A stretch of DNA of 63,997 nt, counting the filler, from Saprolegnia diclina VS20 (lineage: Eukaryota): NCBI RefSeq assembly GCF_000281045.1. It is 8 parts of 4 records of this genome, joined end to end, with 100 filler letters (N's around TTAATTAATTAA, not from the genome) between each part and the next. Parts side by side here need not be neighbours in the genome. Positions count along the whole stretch, not along the records: positions 1 to 18,644 come from NW_008246152.1; positions 18,745 to 22,911 come from NW_008246153.1; positions 23,012 to 28,418 come from NW_008246154.1; 5 more parts are not named here. One strand, 5' to 3'. The notes beneath the pieces were generated by a model, which was given only the letters and a program-made list of their open reading frames with translations, ran no database searches and was not told where the DNA came from. Position numbers and translations under genes: made by a program. Below, one piece after another: positions 12,601 through 25,173 of the stretch; within the stretch, counting starts at the first letter, position 1, and every line of letters begins with the position of its first letter.

Positions 12601-13605
12601 TTAGAAGAGCGCTTGGTCTTCGGTGCGGCCAAAGAAGAGCCAGCTCGTGAACTGGTCCCACGTGCTCGGCGGCGGCGCAATGCCTTTCGCGGCTTCGGCT
12701 TCGACAGCAGCCGCGACGCGCTCCCGCGTCGACGTCGACGTGCGCGACCGCTTGAGGTCGTACGCCTGTCCGACAAGCGCCATGAGGTCAATGAACGCTT
12801 TCGTCGGGTTCCACTGCTGGAGGATGCCCATTTCGCCGGTCGCATAGTCGGACGGGAACTTGTGGTGGAAGTTGTGCCAGCCTTCGCCGATCGCACCAAT
12901 GCTCACGAGGAGGTTCTCGACCGGGCGGATGTTGCGGTCGTACGGCTTGTAGCCAAAAAAGTGGGCCACCGAGTTGACGCACCACGTCATGTGCAGCACC
13001 CATACATGGCGGAAGATACCGCCGATCCAGAACCCGGTCGAGGCCGAGCCGAACGCGAGGTGGCCAAGGACCGAGGGCGAAACGTAGCACATGAGCAGAA
13101 CCGAGAGAAGGTAGTGCTTCTTCTGCGCCGCGACGACGACGTCGGCATCGAGATCGTCGTACGACATTTTCTTGCCTTCCTTGAAGACGTCCGGGTGCTT
13201 GCGCACCATGACCCAGCCCATGTGGGCAAAGAAGAAGCCGCGCTTCGAGTTGTGCGGGTCGGCGGTCGTGTCCGAGCCCTTGTGATGCACGCGGTGGTCG
13301 CGCGCCCACTCGAAAATCGAGCCCTGGAACGCCATCGAGTTGGCCAGCATGAGGAAGACGCGCAGCGGGAGGCGCGCTTTGTACGCGCGGTGCGCCCAGA
13401 GACGGTGCGCGCCGGCGGTGATGCCAAGGCCCGAGATGAACCAGAGGCCGCCCCAGAGCGTCGCGATCTCGGCAACGGACGCCTGCGGCAGCACAAAGAG
13501 GAGCGCGTAGAGTGCCATGGCGTGCCACACGGCGAGCGTGATGACGTTGTACCAGACGACCTCGGCCCACGTAAAGCTTGGCGGCTTGCTGCTGCTTTGG
13601 CTCAT
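12601..13605 (-). CDS. Delta-9 (stearoyl-CoA-type) fatty acid desaturase
   Basis: His boxes HRLWAH, HRVHH and HNFHH, plus GITAG, DPHNS.RGFFFAH and GEGWHN. No fused cytochrome b5 domain is visible. Confidence 0.95.
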   Translation of the reverse strand: MSQSSSKPPSFTWAEVVWYNVITLAVWHAMALYALLFVLPQASVAEIATLWGGLWFISGLGITAGAHRLWAHRAYKARLPLRVFLMLANSMAFQGSIFEWARDHRVHHKGSDTTADPHNSKRGFFFAHMGWVMVRKHPDVFKEGKKMSYDDLDADVVVAAQKKHYLLSVLLMCYVSPSVLGHLAFGSASTGFWIGGIFRHVWVLHMTWCVNSVAHFFGYKPYDRNIRPVENLLVSIGAIGEGWHNFHHKFPSDYATGEMGILQQWNPTKAFIDLMALVGQAYDLKRSRTSTSTRERVAAAVEAEAAKGIAPPPSTWDQFTSWLFFGRTEDQALF

Positions 13606-15352
13606 CGTCGTCTTGTCGGAGGCAACTTGGCAACTGACGACGGGCCTGGCGCATGAGCAAGCTGGATTTCTTTTTGGCCAATGGCCTTGGCGAATGCGTC
13701 TGATTGGTCAAAATGGTCGGTTTCAAAAACGCGGCTGCGTCGACCATACAAATACCAAGTGTAAGGACCACGCCGCCATACAAATGGCCCATTACACACG
13801 CCGACACAAATTTGGAACTGGTGACCAATGGGTTTTTCACACACGTGGGAAACGTGCGAAATAAGATATGAGATCCAAGCAGCGACACTGCACCTTGAGA
13901 TGATGCCGACGCCATCCCCGGGCGTCAGCGACGACGCCAAAGGAAAGAGTTAGGTAGTAGCCTACACTCTCATTCATTGGTCCTTTGTTATACGACGAGA
14001 GGGAATGGTTAAAACGATATATTTGTTGTCAATGAAGCGATGATGCAAGGGCAAAACCTCTCGTTCTTGCGCAGAGCCAGGTGTCGTTCGGGTGATCTTG
14101 CCATTCGGCCGCGCCAAGGCTCAAGCGTAGTGTGCAGATAATCCAGCGGGATGGATGACACCGCTTTTCCGTCCTACCATCGCGTCAGAGTTCGCGCGTC
14201 AGTGAAGCTCGCGCTGATCCACTTGGAGCTCTAGGCACTTCTAGTAGAGACTAATCTCTGTCCTTCAAGCGTCTAATACTTCTCCCTTGAATAAAGACTG
14301 TAGCAGGTATGGTCTTCTGGTCGGGTTCCAATGACGTTGCCTGCCTCCGTCGGTAGAATCTAGCGTAAGCTTTCGAGAACAGTACCGATAGCACATGGCG
14401 TCGTGCTATCGCGCAAGCTCTTCTGCACGAAACGTCGCTGGCGTGAGTCGCAACATCGTCGATTCAACGCGCGTACTCGTGCATGACAGAGCAGTGCGAA
14501 TGCAGGATAGAAGCTGCCGACTGCAGCTTTGGAACAACATACCGGTACGTGAGGCTGCCACGATCCGCGCCATTTTACACGTGTGAAAAACGGCGAAAAA
14601 GACACGACCGACCCACTGCAACCACCTGATATCAACGATTCTACGTTTCCAAAATTAAAAAATACAAAGGATTTTCAAACCTGCGATTTGACCTTCTCCT
14701 ACAAACACCAAGGTCTTACAATCGCCCACAACAAATTATAACAACCACACGCCAGTTACTTTATTATTTTTGACAAGCCACCGGGTGGCGCCAAACAGCC
14801 AAACGGACGGGGCTGGGATTTCACACGGCAGCTGCAACGCGTGTACGCACGTGTGATAACGCTGCCACACGCGAGATAAAGACGAATGGAAATTGTCCTT
14901 AGTAGGAATAGTGTCGATCGACTAGAATGTACAAGTGGACAATATTTGCCATCGTGCGACGCGGTCGGGGGACCACGTGGCGCGCGAATGGAGTGGGTTG
15001 CAGAATTAGGTCGACACATGACGTGGCCAATCGGCGGTCGCGTTGCGCGTGCGCTGGCGACGTCCCTTGCCGCGCCTGTCTTTGGCGGCGGCTGCTTGTG
15101 CATGGATACGTGCTGGCGACACCACACGGTACAGTGCTGCATAGACTCATCGTGCTACCCCGAGTCAAAGGTCAACGCTTAATAGTACCGGTAGAAATGC
15201 TGAAGTAGTGACGCTTGACCAAGTTTTGTTTTTGCAAGTACGATCGAACATGTATTTTCTACCTTTCTACTGAAACAACTAGCGCTAGTACCCCTACAAC
15301 TAAACTAGTACTACCTACTACGTACTACACGTCTTGCGACTCGAGAGCAGCT

Positions 15353-16210
15353 CTAGAGCGGAGATCCACCAAAACCTAGTGCTCCCAGACCAGCAAGGAT
15401 ATCGGCTAAGCCAGGACGGTGGGCGGCCGGCAAGCGCGGGACGCGGGGCGGTGGCTTGGGCTTCTTCTTGGGTCCAAGTGGCCAGAGCCCGACCTCGCGC
15501 AGTCGACTCAGTTTTCGTTCCCGTCGCTGCTGGTAAGTGGTGTTGTCGTCGTCCGTGAGCTCTTCTGGCGTCTCGGTGATGGATGGCAGCTGCGGCGGTG
15601 CTGCGAGGATGGCCGACATTGGCATGGCGTCTTCACACGACCACCGCTCGTCGTCGTCGTCGTCATTCGACTCGATCATGATGGGCGTGTCGTCGATGCC
15701 ACCGCAGCGTGGACATTCGAACAGGCGGCTCGAGACCGCGCGGTGCCACTGGTCTAGAGCCCTTGCCGCGTCCATCGTCACAACCTCGACCGTCACGTTC
15801 GCTGCGTTGAGCTCCAGCTGCAAATTTCGGATGACTTCATCCGCTGCAGCCGACTCGTGGAGCGACGCGAGAGCTTGGTGTGCCAAACGGTTGACGGATG
15901 CGTCGAGTTGGCGCTGCAGTGTCGCTGCGGTGGCGGTGGATGCGTCCAGAGACGCCTGCATCACGTCCACGTGGCGTTGTTGTGTGTCTTCAAGGAGCTC
16001 CATGATGGTAGCGGCGTCGAGCTGTGGCGGCTCGTCGAGATCGGTGTCGAGGTGATCGTGTTGCTGCTCGACCGTGCTCGACGGCGTGGTCGTTGTCGTC
16101 GGTGCGTCGTCGGTGGCGTCCGTCGGCGTGGACGTGGCGTTGGAGTAGATCATGTAGGCCAGCCCGGCGGTCAAGGCAGCCATCGTAGCGCGGCCAAAGT
16201 AAGCAGTCAT
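15353..16210 (-). CDS. Hypothetical protein with N-terminal hydrophobic segment and coiled coil
   Basis: ORF from MTAYFGRATMAALTAGLAYMIY with a helical middle, one CPRC and an acidic tract. Confidence 0.55.
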   Translation of the reverse strand: MTAYFGRATMAALTAGLAYMIYSNATSTPTDATDDAPTTTTTPSSTVEQQHDHLDTDLDEPPQLDAATIMELLEDTQQRHVDVMQASLDASTATAATLQRQLDASVNRLAHQALASLHESAAADEVIRNLQLELNAANVTVEVVTMDAARALDQWHRAVSSRLFECPRCGGIDDTPIMIESNDDDDDERWSCEDAMPMSAILAAPPQLPSITETPEELTDDDNTTYQQRRERKLSRLREVGLWPLGPKKKPKPPPRVPRLPAAHRPGLADILAGLGALGFGGSPL

Positions 16211-16769
16211 GTTCGTTGTCGTCGTCGTCGAGGAAATGGTTTGTGAAGAGCTGGTTCTTGCGCTGTGTATGGTGTAAAGGGTGTTGAACGACCCTTTGCA
16301 CTCGCGCTTTTGTATATCGTACGTAAAGGGCACCTCCAGCCCTGAACGATCCACTGCATCGCATGTCGCTCCACAACGCAAAGCAAACAGGAAGTGTCGA
16401 CAGGCAGAGTATACCTCTTGCTCGTGCTTGGCTGGGACGAGTGGGCTACACGGTCCACGGATGCATTTCTTTTCTGTTGTACACAAAATGCAACACGCAG
16501 TGGACCGCGCCGATCGCATACAGAGTATTGAAACAGTGTCTGCATCATCGCATCCGTGTTGGGTCGCATCAAGGGACGAACGACGATCGTGCATCGTAGC
16601 TCGTCTCCCAGTGGGCGTCCAAATTGTATCAAGGTATCAAGCGAGAAGCCTTTGGTCGAATGCACTTGCCGTGGGCCAACGATACCGCGTCCACACTCCT
16701 CCGTGGCAACGCCGACGAACGCATGGAAGACACTGTTCAAACTAGTGTACTAGGAGTCAACAGGGTCGG

Positions 16770-17946
16770 CTACGGCCCCGCAACCGCATACGCCGACCGG
16801 TCGTCCTCGATATACTTTTTCGTATCTTGGTAGTTGAAGATGAACGTGAGCGAGTAGCCGACGAGCGTGAGGATGCAGGCGAGCTGGGCGCCGGCGCGCA
16901 TTTGATGTACCGACGTGCAGTCGGGCGCGCCTACACGACCACCGTCAGAATCAACGTGCAAGAGTAATTGAGTTGAGCTATACATACTGTAGTCCCATAG
17001 CTTTGTCGACGTCGTGTTGAGCATCATTGTCGACGTGCAATAGGTGTCCCCAAGCTTGAGATCCAAGCACTACGTATACGCACCCGTTCCATCTCTTCGA
17101 CAACAGATGAAGAGGATACCTTGGCAATCGTCAAGTGCTCAAACTCGCACGAGAGCGCAAGACCCACGGGAAGGTACAAGATAAAGGCCGCCAAGAAGAG
17201 CATGGCAACCGTGAGCTGGGCGACCCTAGAAGACGAAGCATGAGCATTAGCTGAACGAGATGGCTCGTACCAGGCTTGGCGCCGGACGCGGGCGACAGCG
17301 TGGCGGTCAAGGCCGTCCATGGTATAGCGCTCGTCGTCGCCGCGCTGCTTGTAGATGCGGTACGTGAGCACCGTCTACAGCCATCATCATCATCATGCGA
17401 CGCCTAGCTTGGAGGTTCGTGTACGTTGCAGAGCACGGCGAGGGCCTCGAGGCAGAAGAACGCATACGCCGACGCATTGTGCACGCTGGGAAACCGCGCG
17501 GTATCGCAAATGCTCTAGTAGATCTGCACATCAGTACTATACGCAAAATGCAACCACAAAGGGTACCAGAATCGGGAGTGCAAAGGCCGAGACCATGCCA
17601 CAGACGGCGACAAAGGTGCGGAGGCACTTGTGGCAGCCCGAGGACGACGCCGCCATCACAGACGTCTGGTAGCAGTAGTTGAAGAACCTAGCCAAGCTCA
17701 GGCATGAGCGAGGTGACGGCGAACACGGTAGATGTACCACACGAAGAGGAGACTTGCGGCCGTGATGCAGAGACCGACGACAAAGACGTAGTATGCGGGC
17801 GGATCGCGGCCCATGTCGGAGAGGAACGGCCACGCGAGGCCGCCGACGTAGATGTCTTGGGACTTGGCAATGGCCACGCACGTGATCAGGGTCACGACGA
17901 CCGCGGTCGTCGCCACGATCGAGCAGGCGCTGCGGGCGCGGTTCAT
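16770..17946 (-). CDS. Frag1/DRAM/Sfk1-family membrane protein, multi-exon
   Basis: A TM helix followed by WPFLSDMGRDPPAYYVF (the P.ISD.G..PP motif), further TM helices and AQLACILTLVGYSLTF near the end. Confidence 0.75.
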
Positions 17947-18644
17947 ATTTTCTGTTTCCAGAGTAACAACCGCGAGCAAATCTTTTGAAAAAGAGCCAAT
18001 CAGCGCATTCGTATGCCCAATTACGAGCCAATCGGATGCGGGTACAGTATGGTATACAAACACCAATATGTTCGACGGCTTCCAAGGCCGACTGCTCACT
18101 GCCTTGTACTGGGCTCCTGCGCTGGACTCAGTCGTCGTCGAGATACTACATGGTCGCAAAGTACTCTACTGACGATGTCCCTACACAACAACGACATTTC
18201 TACTAGCTGTAGCTAGCTGTAGTTGTTGTTGTAGTTAGTATATATTTTTGTGGTCGGCGTTGATAACGTGATAACGTGGCAATTCGCCTGGCGAACTCGC
18301 ATTTGAAATGACATGTTGCCGTCGGGCGCCCACCATTCGTCTGGCTGGCAGGGTGGCGTTTGCTTTGAAGTAAACTGTACTATTGACTGTAGTAGCTACC
18401 ACACAAACTTTCCCCAAATTGTAGCTAAGGTCAAAGTTATCGAGGCAAAATGAATGGACCACATCCACCACTCGCGTAAGGCCACGCTGACGCTGCACCG
18501 AGGGCTGTATATATCCCAAATGCAGCTTGGTGCACAACGTCTTTAATATGTCATGCACAACGTCTTTAATATGATCATGCACCGCTGCACCGCGCGACTT
18601 GGATCGCCAAACCGAGCTGGAAAAAGTTTTGCTCCAATTTGGCA

Positions 18645-18744
18645 NNNNNNNNNNNNNNNNNNNNNNNNNNNNNNNNNNNNNNNNNNNNTTAATTAATTAA
18701 NNNNNNNNNNNNNNNNNNNNNNNNNNNNNNNNNNNNNNNNNNNN
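18645..18744. other. Artificial contig spacer N44-TTAATTAATTAA-N44 (also 22912-23011, 28419-28518, 40099-40198, 56149-56248, 60700-60799, 62742-62841)
   Basis: Identical 100-bp blocks. The 12-mer places stop codons in all six frames. Confidence 0.97.
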
Positions 18745-19599
18745 GCGGTAGATGGCGAGCAGCTCAATGAATGTGCTGAAGTCGGGCAGATCGGCAAAGA
18801 AACCAGCTTCTCGGAGCCGGTCGGCGTCGGTCTTGGGCAGCTCGTAGACATGCACGCGCAGCAACGTGAGTGCGAGATCGAGAGCGACGTAGTGCATCGG
18901 AAGCGGCCACACGTCCGCTTCGGGTGGCACGATGAACCCGTCTGGCACATTGGCGTGACCGTGCAGACGCCGAAAGACGAGAAGCGCCTCGATCTGCTCC
19001 GACCACGCGACGGTTTGAGCCATGGGCGCGCGCTTGCCTGGGCGATGCACGACGCAATACGTCGCATTCTTGGACGACAGACGCCAGAGGAATCCGAGCG
19101 CATCGAGGTCGCTAATTCGTTGCACTCGTTCGGGTGTGTAAGCAATGCTTTGACAGCGCAGGCTGCTGACCAAATGGCCAAGCGGCAGGTGGTGCAAGTG
19201 CTGTGGGTACGACGTTGGCACGACGTACCGCTGTGGCACCTTCATATGACCGTGTGCTTCTCGATACAAGCACAGCGCCTCGAGCCGATGCACCCAGCTC
19301 CACTGGCGGCGTTGCACGATGCGCACGGGCGTCAAGTCAAAACCCAGCGCGTCAAGGGTCGTCTTGATTACCGGATCGATCGTGGGCCGCGTGCGAAGAA
19401 AGACCACGAGCAGCCCGAGGTGGATGCCATGGACAACATCGGACCATGGTGCAGTCGCCGGAACGGCAAAGTCGGCCGGCACGTCGACATGCCCATGAAG
19501 CTCGCGGAACGTCGTTAGCGCGTCGACGACAGCCGCCCAGAGCGCTGCCCCCATACTGTTGCTCGACCGTGTCGCTTCAAGGTCGTTCGGTTGCGCCAT
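18745..19599 (-). CDS. Helicase-associated (HA) repeat protein, 3' truncated by contig end
   Basis: Three repeats of W...AL..F/Y...HGH..VP..F/Y.VP (ALTTFRELHGHVDVP, ALCLYREAHGHMKVP, ALLVFRRLHGHANVP), the first two ending LDALGF. Confidence 0.8.
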
Positions 19600-20549
19600 C
19601 GTAGCAAACTGCAATCTGTGCTTGACGATCGCCACGTTTTTTATTATATTTCAAAGCGAACGGGCGGCAAGAGAGGCAACGGGCTCTTGTGTGGTTGGTC
19701 GACGCACCGTTGGTTGTTCGTACGACCGTTGGGGCCTCGTCCTACGATGCAACCAGAAGTAGACCAGCAGTCATTTGCCGCGCATCGACTTGCAGAACGA
19801 CGACTCTTAGCCATTATGAGATACTAGAAGGAACGACGTGTGCGACCGCCGGCGTAGAGTGCGGTTGCAGACGTGGGTCACAACCACTGGTGTGGTCGTT
19901 GCGACGCCGATGCGGTACAGTAGCAGCCCGGCATCGGTGCATGCTGCGCTTTGCGCAACATCATACTCGCTAGTCAGGGGTAGGTAATCTCGAGACTAGC
20001 CAAAGTGATGCTGCAGAGTGCATCGACAAGCTAGATGTTTCCTGCTGTTGCCGCACACTGAAACCCCGGTGGGCTCGTTTGGATGCACCGCCGTGCGCGT
20101 CCGCGAACTCGAGGCAGCACCGTGTTGCTGACCTCACGTCATTTGGCATCTCTACCATCAGCTTGATACTTGCATCCAGTAGTTCGCATCGTCGTCGACT
20201 GTCGAAGTGTCTCGATCCCAAGCTGACGGCAACTGCTTCTACATTTGGAACAGGGGCTTGCGCAACATGTTTGGTTGGAGTGATTTGTCGCATGCCAAGC
20301 CGTTGCTTCACACTGCGGCGACTCGATGCTCGGGCCGTGTAGCTAGCTAGACCTTTGGATCGGAACCAAGCTCGTACGCTGTAGGCAATGCCCATCTGCA
20401 GCGGCGCTACGAAGCCTGTCGTACCAAACGCTGTTGGATTGCATGAGCTTGTATCCACATTTCCTTGGTTGCAGTCTCGGTGGCGCGGTCTCGACTCGCT
20501 TTTCGCCTTGACGAGCGCCGAGATGGTTCATGGTTGCGTCTGATGCAGC

Positions 20550-20818
20550 TTACTCGAAGGCGACGGCCTTGGCGCGGAGCTTCTTCTCGGCGCCGATCTC
20601 GCTCAGCGGGTTGCTTGGCTGGACGCTATGCCATCGTGCATGAGATGAGGCGAGGTGGGCGAGACGACGACGTACATGCCGAGGAAGGCGTGGCTCATGC
20701 TGTGCGTCTGCGCGCTCACGGCGGTCGTGCGCTGGAGGTTCTTCTGCATCTGGTCGAGCGACGCATAGAGCTCTACGAGCTGTCGGTTCAGCACCTCGTA
20801 CAGCTCGGTCTTTTCCAT
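20550..20818 (-). CDS. Small (~72 aa) coiled-coil protein, candidate DASH/Dam1 complex subunit Hsk3-like
   Basis: Two exons separated by a gtacgt...catag intron give MEKTELYEVLNRQLVELYASLDQMQKNLQRTTAVSAQTHSMSHAFLGIVQPSNPLSEIGAEKKLRAKAVAFE. The K...Y..L..QL..L.A.L pattern recalls fungal Hsk3. Confidence 0.5.
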
Positions 20819-21291
20819 GGCAGCCGACTCTGGTAAGTGCGAATGGAGATTCCACTTGCATCTCTACAAAGTACGATAGAGATATTCTCTCAGCGCTGTG
20901 ATCTCTTACCTTTGTGAGGGTGTTTCCGCATATTGAAGTTGCGCCGTTGTATTTATTGGCCGGCGTCACCGGGGAGCGGCAGCTGTGGGTTCACAGCCGG
21001 CCACGAACGAAGCTTCGCATTGGGACGCCCATGCGCAGTACAGAGGCTCGGTGGAAGATCCGGCTCCTAGGCTAGTCAGAAGAGCCGTGTACGCTATGCG
21101 AGGCAGCCTACAGCTCTCGCGCCTACCGTACACAGCCTGTGGGGAACAACCTCGAGGGTCGGCGGTCAATTATCGAGCGGTTGGAGATCATAAAGCATTT
21201 GCCACCGGTAAACGCGCACTTTGAGGGACTTTTCGCCTAATCGAATTCCGAGTTGGGATCATTCTGGATTCGACCAAGTATCCACTTGACG

Positions 21292-22686
21292 ATGGCCGGC
21301 CTCTCGACGCGTGGCCAGCGCGCGCTGCAGCCCGCGCTCTCATACTGGGCCATGACCATGGAGGCGATGAAGGACCATGCGACCGAGGCCAACCTCGACG
21401 GCTACGTGGCGGTCTCGGTCGCCGAGAACCGCATCCTCAACGCGCCCAAGGTAGAGGCTCAACATCCACGCGAACCTTGCTCATGGCGACGTCTAGTTTA
21501 TTGGCAAGCTCCACGATAGCCTCGCCGGCGTCGACAAGTCGGCGCTAGGCTACGACGACTTTACGGGCCGCGCCGGTAGGATCATTGCACCGACAGTGTA
21601 GATGCTCACAACGTTGTAGGCTTCAAGGACGCGTACGCGAGCTTCATCAACGCGACGCTCCTGCCGTCGCCTTTGTCAACGAATGGCATCGACCCAACTC
21701 ACCTCTGCGTCTCAAGCGGCGCCGGGTCGCTCCTCGCCCACTTGAGCTCGCTCCTCCACGACGATGGCGACGGCCTCCTCCTCCCGACGCCCACGTACGG
21801 TGCACTCTACAACGACTTTTCGGTTGTCGCAGGCACCAAGGTCCTCGACGTTCCCATGATGAGCTCGTACGATCTCTCGCTATCTGCCTTTGACGCCGCG
21901 TACGACCGCGCGGTCGCGGCAGGTACCTCACCCAAGTCGGTCGTCGTCCTCAACCCCGACAACCCGCTCGGGCGCATCCGCAGCGCCGACACGATCCGGG
22001 CGCTGGCCGACTGGTGCGCGGCAAAGCGACTGCATCTGATTGTCGACGAGATCTACGCCAACTCGGTGCACACGCCCGAGAACAGCGTTGACGCGTTCGA
22101 GTCGGCGATCGCGTCGCTCGGGACCGTCGACGCGGCCACGGGGCACGTCCGCCTTCCATCGCACGTGCACGTCATCTGGGGCTTCTCCAAGGACTGGGCG
22201 ACGTCCGGCTTGCGCGTCGGCGTCCTCCACAGCAGCAACGACGACGTCCGCCAAGCGCTCTCGAACGTGCTATACTTTTCGGGTGTCCCGAACGTCCTCC
22301 TCGACAGCCTCGCGACGATGCTACGTGATCTGCCGTGGTGCAAAGCGTACCTAGCGGAGAACAACGCGCTGCTCCGGTCCTCTTACGCGGCCATCGCCGC
22401 CGTGCTGGAGGCGCATAACGTGCCGTATGTGCCCGCGGCCGCCGGCATGTTTGTCTGGATCGACCTCCGCGCTTTTCTCGAGGCGCCGACGTTTGCCGCC
22501 GAGCAGGCGCTGACGCAGGCGCTGTTTGTCCATGCCAAGATCATCATGACGCCGGGTGAGGCGCAGCATGCTCCGGCGCCGGGCTACTACCGCATCTGCT
22601 TCGCAACGACGACGCCAACGATCGCCGCCCACGGCCTCGACCGCGCTCTTACATACTTGCGATCGCAGACGTCGTTGACATCTTGA
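21292..22686 (+). CDS. ACC synthase-like PLP-dependent aminotransferase (class I/II)
   Basis: VSVAENR, LGYDDFTG, LLLPTPTYG, VLNPDNPLG, HLIVDEIYA, GFSKDWATSGLRVG (PLP Lys), AGMFVWIDL and GYYRICFA. Two short 5' introns. Confidence 0.88.
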
Positions 22687-23011
22687 ATACACCGTATAGC
22701 GACATGTCGATTGTTTCAAGTTGATAGAAACGGGGCAACCAATGGGATGCGAGATGGTGTTTCGTTGGGGCGTCGGACAAAGCACCAACGGTCTAGTCCA
22801 TCTGTGCGACCAAGTAGGACAAGCGTTTACGCATCTGCAGTCGGCCCTCGACGATCGGCAATTCGACCGCCAAGCTCGGTGGGCGATCAAGTTCCAGGCG
22901 CTCGCTATGTTNNNNNNNNNNNNNNNNNNNNNNNNNNNNNNNNNNNNNNNNNNNNTTAATTAATTAANNNNNNNNNNNNNNNNNNNNNNNNNNNNNNNNN
23001 NNNNNNNNNNN

Positions 23012-23575
23012 CGGCGTCCAAGAGGCAGCTCCTCCAGCACATTGCGACCGTGAGCCCGAGAGACATCTACACGACGGGCAAGGGCAGTTGTGGCGTCGGT
23101 CTCAAGGTCGCGCACGACCGCGGCCAGATCACCAAGGAGATGACGCTCGCGCTTGTGCTGGCCGACATGGGCATTTGCTGCGTCGACGAGTTTGACAAGA
23201 TGGAGGAGGGCGACCTACAGCCATCCACGAGGTTGATACTCTCCATCTGTATCAAGTGCATATACATATGTACCAAGCGGAAATATATGTATGTTATGGA
23301 GCAACAGACCGTGAGCATTGCCAAAACCGGTATGACGACGACGCTCAACGCGCGGACGACGGTGCTTGCAGCCGCCAATCCGATTTACGGCTGGTACAAC
23401 AAGAAGCTGATCTCCCCAACGCGCTCTTGAGTCGTTTTGGTCTGCTCTTTCTAATCTTCGACACGGCGCAGTACGACAAGGGCGAGGCGCGCGCTCGCCA
23501 TGTGATTAATGTTCACTGCTTTTGGTACCTTGATATCTTGAAACTATATGAAACTCAAAAGATCCATCATGCATA
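23012..23575 (+). pseudogene. MCM7: MCM7 AAA+ domain fragment, degraded
   Basis: [58 protein letters not shown] and LLSRF.LLFL. The conserved EGG before ALVLAD is missing and there is a frameshift near 23410. Confidence 0.8.
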
Positions 23576-23847
23576 GCAAGAACCCCGAAGTATAAGCGTA
23601 AAGTATATTCGTCGTACACTGCAGTTTCCAGCGTAGTTTGCAAACGTTATTCGCGCGTCGTCGTCGAACGCAAGTCGCTGCGAGGCCATTGGCTTGACGA
23701 CTGGACCATCGACGAGGGTGGCGCGTCTTGGAGGTCCCAACACCTGGTAGAACGGACCACTGCTACTACACCACAGCTGCATCTTGTCAAGCTACCTCGT
23801 TGATTGATGGTGTCCCCGTTGCGCCCACACATCCTCACGCGACTAAT

Positions 23848-24879
23848 TATCGTCTCCTGAGGCTACAAACGCATGCATGGGAAGACGAACGAGGTTCGTG
23901 TTGGGAGGCCGCCGCCCAAGAAGGAGCTGAGGGGTGGGTTAAAGGAGCGACACTGGCCTTCTTGCGCAAGTCGTGTGTGAGCGTCCAAAAGACGTCGCAT
24001 CCGACGTGCATGTTTTCAGAACGTACTCGACGTCGAGCCAAAGTAGAGCTCGAAATGCTGGCGATTCTGCATGAGGAAGAGGAGAAAGTAGTGCGCCGCG
24101 CGGGTTGGCAAGGAACCGATCGAGGGGCACAAAGGCGGCCGTGTGCTCCGAGACCTGCAGCATGTCGAGGTACTCGGTGCTTTTGAGGATCCGCGGCAGC
24201 TCTTCGCGCGTGAGCCGCTTGAACGCGAGGTGCTGGATCGGGCGAAACCCGACCCAGCCAATGTCGTCGGTCTGGACGCTCACCAGCACCATCTCTTCGA
24301 GCTCGAGCGTCGCCGAGATGCTGCACTCGGACGCGGTCGTAAAGTACTTGTTGAAGAGCTTGAGGAGCGACGGCGCGCCGCGTCGCGCTCTTCCTCGAGC
24401 CTAGGACGAAGAGAAGGACGTGGTGGTAGTTGCCGTCGTCAGTCGTCTTGGCCAAGAAATCGAGAAGGCGCGGCAGCTTCTTTGGGTCAATCTCGTGCAG
24501 CGAGAACAGCGCGTGCGCGCGGAGGCGGCTGACTTCCGAGAGCTGCAAGAGCCGGCGCTGCTTTTCGTCCATGGCGGCGCGCTGCTTGTCGCGAAGGTAC
24601 TTGCGAAACTTCTTGCTCAGTGGCATCGGATAGCTGCTAGAGATCGTCTTGTCGTTCATGTTGTTCTTGGCCAACTTCTTGTACTTGTCCTGGATCGCCG
24701 TCGCGGCCTGCGCGAGCTTGGTGCTGGCGGACGATGGCCTATGGTCGTCGGCCATCGGCGACGCAGGCGTCGACCGGTTCGCTGTCGGCGCCAATGGCGG
24801 GCGCGGGTCCGCGACATCGTCGCCAAAGAGCCAGCTGTCGAAGTGCTCGGGCTTCTTGATCGCGGTGAGGAAGTTCATC
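23848..24879 (-). CDS. Hypothetical gene (MNFLTAIKKPEH...), head-to-head with the MCM7 5' fragment, probably truncated
   Basis: Coding-like segments in two frames (MNFLTAIKK...; LLKLFNKYFTTASEC...MVLVSVQTDDIGW). An inverted copy lies at 30160-31191. Confidence 0.5.
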
Positions 24880-25173
24880 GTCAATTGCCGCCGTCTATCT
24901 GGGAGCAGCCAGCTCGATTCCGATTGGTGCAAATCCATGCAAAGATTGAAGTCGCTGCGCCGGATACGCGTCCGGATATTTTGGCGGCAACAGGCGACCA
25001 TATTTTGGACCACACGCAAGTGGACCTCGATGCCTCGTACAGCAACGTGCCCGGCTTCGCCCGCAACGCGCAGCACGTTCCCCGTCCGGGAAGCGGCCCG
25101 CAGCATGTCATGCCATCGCCGTCGGCCAACGTCTGCGCTCGGCGCGGACAGCTGCAGCACTGGCACCGGCGGG

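Noticed and set aside
15280..15330. CTA/TAG-rich tracts (also 18200-18240) as telomere-like repeats
   Set aside because: They are irregular low-complexity sequence near gene ends and not a TTTAGGG array.
18531..18582. 23-bp tandem duplication TGCACAACGTCTTTAATATG(A)TCA
   Set aside because: Only two copies. This is ordinary slippage with no further structure.
18689..18700. Recurrent TTAATTAATTAA motif (7 copies) as a biological repeat
   Set aside because: It is always centred in 44+44 N. It is a six-frame-stop assembly linker, so adjacency across it carries no meaning.
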